A DNA stretch of 64,000 nt from assembly GCF_003704095.1 (NCBI RefSeq), contig NW_020846737.1:310001-374000 (forward strand), in the 5' to 3' direction. A model generated the notes under the pieces. The model had not been told where the DNA came from and made no database searches. It saw only the letters and a list, made by a program, of their open reading frames with translations. Shown piece by piece: positions 39,501 through 50,460 of the stretch (positions are counted from its first letter, which is position 1; every line of letters starts with the position of its first letter). A program made the position numbers and the translations under genes. This stretch comes from Pocillopora damicornis. Its lineage: Eukaryota.

Positions 39501-42500
39501 TATGTACGTAAATTTATTATAAATACAAGAATCTTAACCCATAGTTTGTACACGAGATTGCTTGAAGATCAATTCCAAGCCGTCTAAACTCAAGTGTTTG
39601 ACATTTTTCCTGCAAACAAAAGTGAGTTTGGCCTTCTAACCCTTTTACGTGAGAAATTCTCCAGTTGGGTTTCCCTCCCTTTACGTGTGCTGATCATGAG
39701 AAGACGGCTTACATTTCAGACATGCTAGTGCGCTGATTCAAAAATTAGAATTTCCGCCACTATTTGCACAGCAAACTACGGCTTGACTTATTCCAAAGGT
39801 TGCCTTTTCCTGCGTTCCATAATTTTTCGAAATTCCAGTCTTTTCCTCAAGTTTACCTCATTTGGGACAAAAAATCAGACTTTGCTGCCAGACGCTTGGA
39901 ATGGGATCCAAGTCACTTACTCGTGATTGGTCAAAATCCTTCTTTTCAAACAAAACATATTTTAGAAAGTCTACGAAAAAGCTTTTCGGGATTTTTGAGT
40001 ACTGAATAATGGCAGTGATGGCTCAAAACAATTTTCAATCCTTCCAGTATCGACAACGCGCGTAAGAGTCCATCCAGCACCTTACTCACAACGAGCTGGC
40101 TTCCTTCAGTTTTAGATGATTAACAGAAACTACCTGCAACGTTACCTTCCAAGTTTGGACTTACTTGTGCGTAATGTTCACAACAGTATTCAGGGCAGAA
40201 GTATAAAACTTTTCATAATTAGAGCCGTCTTCAAATTTTACAGTCAAAGTGACGTTTGTTCCATTCAGGACCACAGAAAAGTTGAATTGTGCGCCAACGT
40301 CAATCTTGGTCGGCGGTTTCTCCCTCCAAGCTACTGACGCTGGTTCGAGTATCCTAACTACTGAAGAAGCGTGTGCAGAACTGATTGCATTGTGGACGTA
40401 GAGCAAGACTGGGTAAAAACCTGCAAAGTAGAAATAGCATGAAAATCAGTGACTGGGTAAAGTAGATTTTACAGAAATTCTCCATTATTGCAGAAAGGAC
40501 TGAGTCTGTACTGTAAAAGTCACATTGTCAATCATCTGGGTGGGTTCCTGTAAATGAATGAAGGGGTAAGTTTCAAAGGAAACTGTGGTGCTGCGTTGGT
40601 GCGGGAGGAGGGGGGGGAGGAATTACGAGGTAATTTAGTTTGATAAACTGAGTTGATAATGTAAATTGGCCTCCGTAAAGAAGTCGAATGCATTTGTAGC
40701 CTTACCAGTATTGTTGTAAAGTACTTTAGGGTTTTTTACGTCGTACGTTGCCCCGTCTGTGGTCCACGTATAGTTTATGTCACTTCCTTTGTCCACAGCG
40801 CTCGTCAGAATAATTTGTTCTCCTTTGGGATAACTTATGTTCGTCAAGGGCTCTACAATGCGGAGACTTTCGATGCGCTCCTAGAAAAGCATCATAACTA
40901 TCTGTTAAAACCTTTTATCAACATTTCAACGTCCAATGAGATTTAGAAGACGTAGAATTAACGGCGCAAAATTCCTAGGTGACAGACTTCCGCTCGCGAC
41001 TAGTGGCGTGACGCCCCATGTGCGATAAAAGAGAAACTCCCCCAACTCCTGATGCCGCGCGTGAGACCCTTGCTGAAAATTCAGTGCCTTAAGCCTTTTC
41101 CGAGGTTATTGTGAGTTTTGACCCTTCAGTTAAAATCAGTAGTCACTGCAATCATGTCAATCATTAACATATAACACAGCACCTGCACGGTAATTTTGCA
41201 ACTCCTCAGTTCACTTTCAGCCACATTTCCCACAGAAACCGACACATTGTAAACTCCTGCTTGGGTATATTCCACAACAACCGCTGCTTGTGAGGGCTGA
41301 GAAACATGAGCCCGCAGAACATGTTTGATTTCGTGCCGAGTGGCGCTACCTTTTGTCAAATCGCTTCCTACTGCAAAACTGGACGATGAACTAGAAAAAT
41401 AGAACGATGGGTCATTAATAGTTTTCTCAAAGGCCAGCGTCCCAGAAGAACCGTTTCCAACCCATCCTATGACGTCACCAGCTTTCACTTCGATGGCTTT
41501 CTGGGAAGCAAGAGGGAAAAGATTGTTGCCGAGTTTTGTGATGTTCACCACAGTTTCTGCAATTGAGAAAAAGAAAGAACAAACGAAAACGCTCGTCAGA
41601 TTTTGTTTGTCCTCTTGGTTGGTCAGTATTATACGAAAGACGTTGCACTTTAATACTGTTTAATCTATAGGTAAAAGGTATAAATAGGGTATTAAAAAAC
41701 TCCTCTTTCATATTATTCACGTAATGTCCAATATTTATTTAACCCGTCACGCTCAATCCTGAATCCCTACGCCATTTTTTACTGTCACGCAAAGCTCGAA
41801 GCAAGCGCTTTAATTCAGTCACCCAAGGTAACACACTCAAAAGTCTACCTGCTACGACGACGTAGTCGGTCACAGGAGACGAAATGGCCAGAAATGATTT
41901 GTTCGGTCCTTGACAAGTAGACAAACAGTGACCAGTTCCTACGCAGATGCTCTTGTTCCCAGGACAACTGAATAGACTGGAGTCGACACAGGAGTCTGCC
42001 TTGGGTATACAGGAATAATTTCTCGGGCAGAAATAGCTGTCGAGCGAGGAACAGTTGGGACGGTAAACCTAAAAACAAGTGTCACATTAGAAAAATAATT
42101 GTTTAAAAGCTACGGAATGTATTCAGAGTCTGATAAGTCGCGCAACTCGCACAAGTCGCTTTCGAGGACTACAAATTTCAACATGTTATGCCCCCAGGAG
42201 TCGAAACGCAAGCAAATAATACTCTCTGAGAGGGCTTTATTAAGTATTCCTCCCTATCCCGTCTTCCCCTTAGCTTGCGACAAGGCCGTTTCGCCTATCA
42301 CTCTAAAGGGGCAAAGTCTCATCTGGTTTATCCTGAAAAGTATTGACAAATTCTTTCAGATTTGACGTCTACAATCCGTTTTCATCTTTTCCATCTTGAA
42401 CCATTCTGATTTCTCTTTGGTTTTATAACTGCTTCTTTGGCGTTTTCCTTGCCCATAAGACGGCAATTTTAAATTCTCCATTCTAAGAAAAATAAGTGGC

Positions 42501-45500
42501 GAATTTTTAATCTCAGTGGTCAGCGGTTTTCGAATGTATTACACTGTGCAGTGTAAGAACCACTGACCTGTAACTGAATGGATCCAAGTTTAGAGGCGAA
42601 GAATTCCCAGGCTAGTACAAAACCGTCTTTCTTCAGCATAGCAGATGGGATTACGTATGCGCCGTCCGTTTCGGGGGAGTTGCTGGAATTTCCAAACGTT
42701 GCAGACGAACCTATGTCGTGGATTATGGGGTCTGAGGTAAAAGAAAATATCCTATTCAATGATGAATAAACAAGAAATAACCAAGAGCCCCTGTCTAAAG
42801 GATCACTGCACAATGGCCTAATATACTAACCACAAGGGTAGGGGTGTTTGGCCTCATACCTTGTAGACTGACGAAAGCCCCCCTTACCCTCCCCTCGCGC
42901 GATGGCCTAACATACTAACCACAAGGGTTGGGGTAGGGGTAGGGGTAGGGGTAGGGGTAAGGGGAGGTTGGCAATTTTCCTATTCTCCACAAACTCCTGA
43001 AACGAAAATCTGCGCCATTAACGGCCTCATACCTTGTAAGCTGACATTAACCCCCTCACCCTCCCCCTGCGCGATGGCCTAACATACTAACCACAAGGGT
43101 AGGGGTAGGGGGGAGGTTGGCAATTTTTCTATTCGCCTCAAGCTCCTGAAACGAAAATCTGCGACATTAGCGGCCTCATACCTTGTAAATTGACTCTAGC
43201 CCCCTCACCTCTCCCCCCCGACAAACAACACGTCCTCTCACTCACCCGATACGTTAAATGACTTTCTATTCCTCCCATCTTTCTGGTGTGTTGTATGCAC
43301 TAGAGCTGTCATCCACGTGCCTTGGCTGACACTCAAGACAATCTCAGTCTCGTTTCCCACCTCAAGAATCTCTTTGGGGTAGTCTAAAGTTAGTTTACCC
43401 GTTGGATTTTGAATTAACACCCACGTGGACGCCAGTATCGGGCCTGACTCGTTTGACCTCGCAGACGCCTTCACGTGGAACTCACCCACGCGCGTGTACA
43501 CGTGTGTGGCATTAGGACACGTGGTCAACACGTAGGAGCCGTCACCAAAATCGAAAGTGTAGGACAGATTGTTGAGATCACCTAAAATTACGTACAAAAA
43601 AAACTTTCAATCTAAAACCTGGAAACTTTCAAGGAACGTGTATAGACTACGTTACTTTTGAGAAGGAAAGATCACGAGTGGGTATACTTAGAAACTATAT
43701 CGAATCCGGTATGCTTGTAATGTTACAGTATTCGAAAAGAACGCTGTAACTAAGTGTGATACAACCCCACAAGAAATTTGTAAATCATGTTCTTTGCATC
43801 TGTTATTTAATTTCGCCACAGATCACTATCTCTTCCCAGGTAGTAGAGGGGAAGTTCGTGTCAACCCTAAACAAAAGTTACAAAAAGGAGCAGCAAAAGT
43901 AACTACATTCGAACCTGTATAGAGCGGCACCGTATTAAGCGGTCTGTTTTCAAAGTCCCGAAATTGTGACGACTTAATAACTGTAATTTTTACCTTTATT
44001 TAGCGGTCACCTCTAGAAAGCGGTTTGTATTGTCCTCCAGCTGTTTTAAACGGTCACGTAAAGCGAACCACTCATAAAACTAGGAATAATCTTTCAAGTA
44101 AAGATTAATCCATTTTTATCTCCCGAAATCTTAGCAATATTTTGAGCGAGTTTTTGGATACTAAGTGGTCCATTAAGGCGTAAAGTGGCGATTTTTATCG
44201 GTTTTAAAATACCCCTATTCTGTAGAAGCTGTATTAAGCGGTCTCACCCCGCCATTCCTCGTGGGTGACTTCCTAATACAGGTTTGACTGTATCGACAGC
44301 TATGTTAAATGAAATCAGTGAGATTGAAAACCTGCGATAAAGTGAGAGAGAGCTCGTTCTTTTCCATTACCTTTTCCAAGAACGGTCGAAAAACTGACTT
44401 CACGAAACATCCATCCAACCTTTGGACCGTGAAGTTTGAGTTCACCAATTGCGCCTTGGGTTGAATACACTCGCACGTATGACGTACTATCGCATGATTG
44501 GGCTGAACATGTGACGTCACACTGGCTGTCATTAGTGGCTTTGCCATACACGTCATAATTACCGTTGCTACAAAAACACAGGTTCCCTTCAGTGGCCGCA
44601 TATGACTGCTTTAAAAATGCGCAAGAGGAGGTACACTCTTGAGCGGAAGTGTCCGACACGATGTAGTTTCCGGCCGAAATGTTGATTGCGCGGTTTGCAA
44701 TATTTTCTTTGTAACATCCCAAGTACCAACCTAAAACGATGAAAAAGATATCATTAACTCTTTCACTCCCAAGATCTAATTGTTAATTCTCTCCACTAGC
44801 TGCCAAACATTTCTTTGTACATTAGTTACAAGAATTTGGTGTTAGATAAAGATAGCTTCAATCTGATAAGTTTGATTATTCTCATTACGAGTTTGCTGGA
44901 TAATGTATGGATTTTATGGGGAGAAGTTACATGTTAATCACTACTGATTATGGGAGTTAAAAGGGTTAACTGGGAAATACAGAAGCCAGTGAAAGCTCAA
45001 ATTCAAGACAATCAGCTGTTTAAATCGCAGAAAAACACCTGGGTCCTAGTTGGGTTGTGTTTTTATTTGATTGGTTGAGAGGGTGCCACGTGTTCCTTAG
45101 GCCACACGAAAAAAGACAAGGCCGATGCAAAAACCGAACCGAACGCTTTTCTCGCACATTCAGTCAAATGTCACTGTTCTAAGAGAGCTGTCAGGTGTTG
45201 AAATGGGCTATGGAACAGTGTTTCTTCGTCTATAGACACTTATCACACTCGAATCGACAAAGCAGCAGCTGAAACTGTTATTACGACCAACGAGGATTCA
45301 TTCTGACGGAGGCTGTTTTCGAGTCATGAATAAAGTTTCGTTATTAGTTATATTTTCCATCTCTTATTTGTCTTCTAACAGGTGGTGGTTTTATTTTTCA
45401 GGCAGATATCACGAATTTTAGTTGTAATTGTGCCCCATCCTAAATAGCTTCAAATTGCTTTCAGCCAATTTCAGCCAATAGTAGCTTCCAATTGCTTTTT

Positions 45501-48500
45501 TTTTTTTAGTCCTTGAAAAAATATATTCGTACTTATTTATTCCAAATTTCACTCGAAATCAAGTGATTACCCATACTCAAAATATAATCCATAAAAAAAA
45601 CGCTCTACATTATCCACAACTTGGAATACACGTGGATACATAAGATCAGATAGGCTCAAACAAAAACATCGTTTAGAAGCTCAGACAAAGATTAAAGCTT
45701 TCTCACAAAAATAAACCGCTTAAAACCTGTTTTTGGACTAATGCAGTGTAAAGGGAAAATAATAAATTGATGAAAGCAATGTGACGTGATTTTTTTGCCA
45801 AATTTACAAGGCAAGTAAACTGCGAACAATTTTTTTTTAAATCGCGATATTTAAAACAGGAAGAACTAAACTTGTTTCAAATTTCAAACAAAAGATAATC
45901 TTTTTTGCAGGTAAATTTTGTAAGATCGAAATTCAATATGTATAGAGAAGACTGCAATTTCGTTATGCCAGAGATTTGTTTTTGCTTTTTGCCTCTCTCC
46001 TTTGAAAGGAAAAAGAAAAAGAAAATTACGTCTCTTGATTAAGTTTTTACTCCGTGCACGCGACCTTAACGAGAAGCTATAAGGGGTACGTATGTATAAT
46101 TCATTTACACATCTTGGCTTATAAGGCATTTAGTGCGATAACTCTAGATTGTAAAATTTTTTTTTGAAAAACACCTGCCCGCTGACATCGTTTTCTCAGG
46201 AAGTGATGTCGAAGAGACCTTCAGAAATATTCTGGAAATTGGTTAAGGACAATAACATATCCTGCGGATATTGGTAATTATCATGATAAAAATTATGCTG
46301 ATGAATTAATTTCGACTTGAGAAAGGTGTGCCAGTTACAAGTTTCCAAGCGTATTGAGCGGTTGATTAACCCATAGATGTTTTGCTGGGGTTTAAAATGC
46401 AATTTTAATAAACAAAGGGGTTGATTTAATAACCAAACACTTTGCCTTGTGACTCTTAACAACAATTATACATGATCCTGTTTTTGACGACTTACCTACC
46501 CCTGCGAGGAACTATGTGTGTAATCCAGTATAATCGATATAAATGCCTTCAGCTAAAGTTTTCAAACTTTCATGTCAGAAGATATGACATCCGTTGTTAA
46601 CATTAAACGTGTGATAAATTTTTTTTTCGATTCTGACTAAAGTTCGGACTCAGGTTTTTATGGTGGTGACGATCAGACGGAAGACCTGAGTTGTACCCTG
46701 AGGGTGGTTTGTCGCAGTAGATTTCATTCCGGTTTATTCTACATTATCAAAACTTTCTTAGCGAAGAGAGCAATTAAATGATTTGCCCGCAAAAACAAAA
46801 AGCGATTTAGATATCAGCTATACAAACGATGTTTACACTGGTTTCTTTTGGTTATAATTACAAATAAGTAGTTTTGTTCCGTAGGTCTTGCTACTTTTGA
46901 GATGTTTCCATCAAGCTGCCTTCACAGGGTTTAGAAGGCATTTCTAAATTTCAAAAAACTTCCCGCAAAGTTGTTGGCTGAGCAAGATTTCAATATTTGT
47001 TACTGTTAAACAAAACCTCTTTGATCCTTCACAGATACATGCAAATTAAAATCGAAATTTTCAACGGAAATGGCTGGATGACATAAAAATTGGTTCTCAT
47101 TTCGGGAAAGATCTTTCTCAAAAATCAGCTGCTAGGCAGCTTTTCTTCTTTCTTTCTTTTCTTGTCTTTTTTTTTTTTTTTAAAGCAGACCCTGAGGTGA
47201 TGTCTACATGGCACCAGTTATCAAACTAATCTTTTTGTCATCGTTGCTAGTGTTAGGAAACAGTACCAAACCATTAAAAAACAAACAAAATTCAAGCATA
47301 AGATTCGCTTTAGTCGAGGCCAGGGTTTGGATAATAGATCCATATTTATTTTGGTCTGATGAGCTCATTCAAAATACGTGTCGTGAAACCCTTAATAAAC
47401 GTTAAAATGACTAGGACCTGACAGAAAAATGACAGGTATTACGTCAGTCCACTTGAATAAATACGCGTTTGGCGCAAACACTGATGTCGGCAGAAGATCT
47501 GAGAAAATGAACACCTTTTCTTCCATCTTTGGTTCGGTCAAAGATACTGACTTCGAAAGATGCTTTTAAAATTTGTTACAATCTTGTTATTCCTGACTCA
47601 CTACCCTCGGCAAATCTTTAGATAACGTTTTCCGCTTCCCCTCAATTCGTATTGTTAAATCACTGGACAATCTGCCATGCGTTTTTTTGAAATGATAGGT
47701 TGTGATAAAACAGATCAATTTTTTTTTAGACTTTAATATCCTTAAAAGAGAAACAAGACACAGTTGGATCGCTAAAGAAAGACGAAAACATATTCTGAAT
47801 GCAAATTAACATATTGAAAACTAATTTCTTGGTCATGTCACGTTATTGGTAATCCAAGCTTTTCTGCCAAGCTGTCGTCCACCTTTACATTAAAAGATTT
47901 ATATTAAAAATAACGATCTCTTTCCCGTATGCCCTTTGGAAGCAGCGATCAGGATTTTTCATGCGACTAACAGAACTTTGAGCATTAATTCTTAACAGTC
48001 TATGCACTGTTGAGCCAGTTGTGGCAATTAGTTTACGCAAAAAGGCGTCAAGTGGGAGTACATGACAGAGATACAAAGAGATCTAAGAATAAGACGAATA
48101 AAAGAAAAAGATAATATAATTTTTAGTTGAAGCGTTGATGAATGAATGAAGGAATGAATAGGCGCCTCTCTCCGACGGCCAAAACAAGGTTGGCAGAAAC
48201 GCTCTAACTGTGAGACAATGCGTAATTCTACCACTGGTGGCGTTTGTTTTGAAATTTGCCCAGTTCGAAGAAATTCACCGAAATTCGCTCCAAAACCCAT
48301 TACGCGACATAAAACATACAACGGCGATGCTTCAGGTGAACAAAGAGGCGAATGTAGGTTACAATGCTGAAAATTTAAAGCAACGGCTACTTCTAGGAAT
48401 TGGTTGTAAATCGGCCGATGGTAACGTTCAGTATTGTTCAGTCTTGTAATTAAAGTTAGACACTGTTAAGGAAAGCAGTTTGAATTCTGGTTAGTATAGA

Positions 48501-49302
48501 TTAATCCTTGAGTAAAAGAGAAGTGAGTCCCACTCGCTAATGATGGATTAAAGCTTTTAAAAAAAATTCCATTTACCGGAGGAAATGAAAAGTTGTCGCC
48601 TGTACCTGAGAAATTCATAAATACTGAATACTCGTGGCGCGAAATTCTCAAATGAAGATTTTCCTGAGAACCTATCCAACTTCAGGAAATTCTGTGGTTT
48701 AATAGAGTCCTTGTGGTTGCGAAATAAAGAGTTTATTTGCGTGTGGTACCAATTTTGCAATGAAGACATGAAGTGTCGTACTTTTTTTTGGAAGAAGAAA
48801 CCATCCGCTCGTAGGCCGGCTGTGTCAACAAACTGAACCAAAGATTGAAAATTTCCACTATGCTGCATCTGATATAACCGGATGGTTTTAGAGTTAATAT
48901 TTCGCAGGGTTAGACCAGCTCAGAATTATAATTGAGGAAGAATCGAATAATCATGACGCGACAAAATTAGAGAATTCAGCGTAATGAACGTGAAGATAAA
49001 ATGGGCTGGTAGTGACAATTTCTAACGCTAGCTAGGTAAAAATTAATAACGATATAACTTACCGGCCATAACTTGTTTCGTTTCAAGTTGCAGAAGGGCA
49101 AGCTAATTGTAAAATTAAAGGAAAAAAAGTAGAAAATTTTTAGATTTGGAGGCAAGCATAACGCGAGAAGACCTTTTTTTAAGGATTAAGTGTACATTTA
49201 AGGTACTCCATGTTCAGGTTAGTACGAATTGACTCAAATTGAACTTACCGTTAACAAAAGCAGCCCATCCATCGTCCGCTTTGAGAACAGAGGTTTAACC
49301 AT
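24594..49302 (-). CDS. Polycystin-1 family protein (PKD1-like/REJ): SP-WSC-PKD repeats-REJ-GAIN/GPS-TM1-PLAT-TM2-5-TOP-PKD channel TMs-coiled coil
   Basis: Exons 49249-49302, 49063-49102, 44371-44730 (WSC, WYLGCYKE), 43246-43581 (PKD, YTFDFGDG), 42568-42731, 41849-42068, 41183-41556, 40706-40880, 40165-40420, 38329-39363 (REJ, LNASQSFDPD), 36972-37266, 36299-36463, 35790-35915, 35079-35241, 34456-34531 (cut by gap), 33277-33852, 32484-32699 (GPS CLCNHATFF + TM1), 31609-31980 (PLAT), 30928-31200 (HLWFSV, FTRVQRLSCC), 30460-30808, 29567-29793, 28124-28486, 27342-27510, 26692-26914, 24594-25869 (WIERRTRAVLTEFTIYN, LINMFLSIV). About 7.9 kb coding visible. Subfamily orthology not assigned. Confidence 0.93.
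26279..26475. mobile_element. Degenerate piggyBac-type MITE
   Basis: TTAACCATTTAAATCTTAGAAGTGATT...GATCTCGGTGCTGAAAGGATTAA; reverse-orientation relative of 44754-44969. Confidence 0.55.
29283..29528. repeat. Interspersed G-rich repeat (GGATCACATGGTTTTCAGGG family)
   Basis: Shared blocks with ~27876-28087, ~29894-30068 (inverted) and ~14553-14660. Confidence 0.6.
34532..34631. other. Assembly gap (100 N) cutting a polycystin exon; other gaps at 20305-20738, 29265-29274, 37654-37753, 58825-58924
   Basis: Runs of N in the sequence. Confidence 1.
36058..36190 (+). mobile_element. tRNA-derived SINE / tRNA-like repeat
   Basis: Acceptor stem GGCTTGT..ACAGGCC (36058-36129), A box TAGCTTAGTTGGT, B box GGTTCAAATCC. 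The anticodon stem pairs poorly, and a non-tRNA tail (CACCACTGCCCAAGTAGTG) follows. Confidence 0.7.
37410..37653. repeat. Degenerate (ACG/ATA)n trinucleotide microsatellite adjoining a gap
   Basis: Runs of ACGACG, ATAACG and GATAAG; these explain the Thr-rich and Val-rich spurious ORFs. Confidence 0.85.
42808..43220. repeat. Tandem repeat (3 units, ~90/170/150 bp) with (GGGGTA)n G-quadruplex-like tract
   Basis: ATGGCCTAA(C/T)ATACTAACCACAAGGGT occurs three times and GGCCTCATACCTTGTA three times; GGGGTA repeats at 42929-42965. Confidence 0.85.
43904..44292. mobile_element. Tc1/mariner (pogo-like) MITE
   Basis: TA|CATTCGAACCTGTAT ... ATACAGGTTTGACTG|TA, with internal TTAAGCGGTC subrepeats. Confidence 0.7.
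44754..44969. mobile_element. piggyBac-type MITE
   Basis: TTAA|CTCTTTCACTCCCAAGATCT...TGGGAGTTAAAAGGG|TTAA. Confidence 0.75.
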
Positions 49303-50432
49303 GTCAGTCTGATTTTAGAAACTGTAGATTCTGTTAGAAAACCACTTCATTTTCCCGCCTATGTGAGATGGTGAAATGTACTGACATATATTATGGCGAA
49401 GATCTGAGTGTTTCCCGTCCCTAACAGCATAAAACACAATCTACAGCACCAGCTGTCATACTGACATATTGACGTTTCAGCATTTGTAATAAAAGGAAAA
49501 CAATATAGATTTAATGAATTTGCATAAAATGAGCCGGCTATCTAGCCTGATATATGTGTTAACCGTCAAAATCTACTGATCCCATTGGATACTTCTATTG
49601 TGATTCCGTGCGTACGACACCTCGATTCTCAATTCAATTTTTTTCTTTCATGCCACCAAGAAACGTAAACAAAATTTTCCGAAAGCTTGACTTTACTAAC
49701 AACCGTTTCTTCCAAAGTGCGGGAATAAGTGATGCATTTTGCCTAGAAACCGGTGGCACTTGTTCTCCAGTTTAACCTTCGATCCCCTGTGTTTACACAG
49801 TCGAAAAAGGGAAATACAAACCACAGTGTTTTCCGAAACTAACGATATCAACTGTGTCAGAAATCTTAAAAAAAAAATAACGTCTCTCAAATAATCCGAA
49901 CCAGGACGAAAGAGAGACATTTTATATTAGTGCTTAATGTGGAAAGTTAGTCAGAACAAAAGGCAAGCGCGACTTCAAATGCTTTCATTTCGTCGCAAAT
50001 GTTGAATTTGATCTCGTGGTCATGCAAAATTTACGAATTCTTGTCACGTATTTTGAATATTTTTTTCGAAGATCATTATTTTCTCCGTCTTTTCCACTTT
50101 TTGATTGAAAATATTCTGTTTTTTATTACAAACGCCTTTTATCACAACTGTTAATTGCTAGTCTAGCGCGCAAAGAAAACTCGCCCCTTCGTTTCTATAC
50201 AGTCTTAGTAGATATTGTACTGACTACAGAATCTCTTTTTTTTTTGCTTCATAATCTAGTTGAAAATCACAACGATAATCAGCGATTATAACCCACTCGG
50301 AAAACTGAATTCCTATTCAATCGAACGAGTAAGGATGAAATGGAAAAATAAAACAATCCTGCTAAAATTCAGCTTAACCCCTAACCTACTTCATTACCAA
50401 CAATTAATCCTGAAGTTTGCAGGGGTGTTCAT

Positions 50433-50460
50433 GTAACTATGGTAACACAGGGTGACGTCA
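50433..50460. promoter_or_regulatory. Candidate polycystin promoter: RFX X-box plus CRE palindrome
   Basis: GTAACTATGGTAAC (50433-50446; reverse GTTACCATAGTTAC) and TGACGTCA (50453-50460), about 1.1 kb upstream of the ATG at 49302. A possible non-coding exon donor (GAA|GTAGGT on -) lies near 50389. Confidence 0.5.

Noticed and set aside
42808-43220. CRISPR-like repeat-spacer array
   Set aside because: Eukaryotic intron; the 'spacers' are homologous to each other and there are no cas genes.
46496-46573. First coding exon of the polycystin (good GTAAGT donor)
   Set aside because: ATG AAA GTT TGA closes at once, and the phase-1 frame has a TAG. The 49.1-49.3 kb exons fit far better.
47354-47390. 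Intact hammerhead ribozyme (CTGATGAG...GAAAC)
   Set aside because: No stem II complementarity before GAAAC. The same applies to CTGACGA at ~35440 and CTGAAGAG at ~53380.
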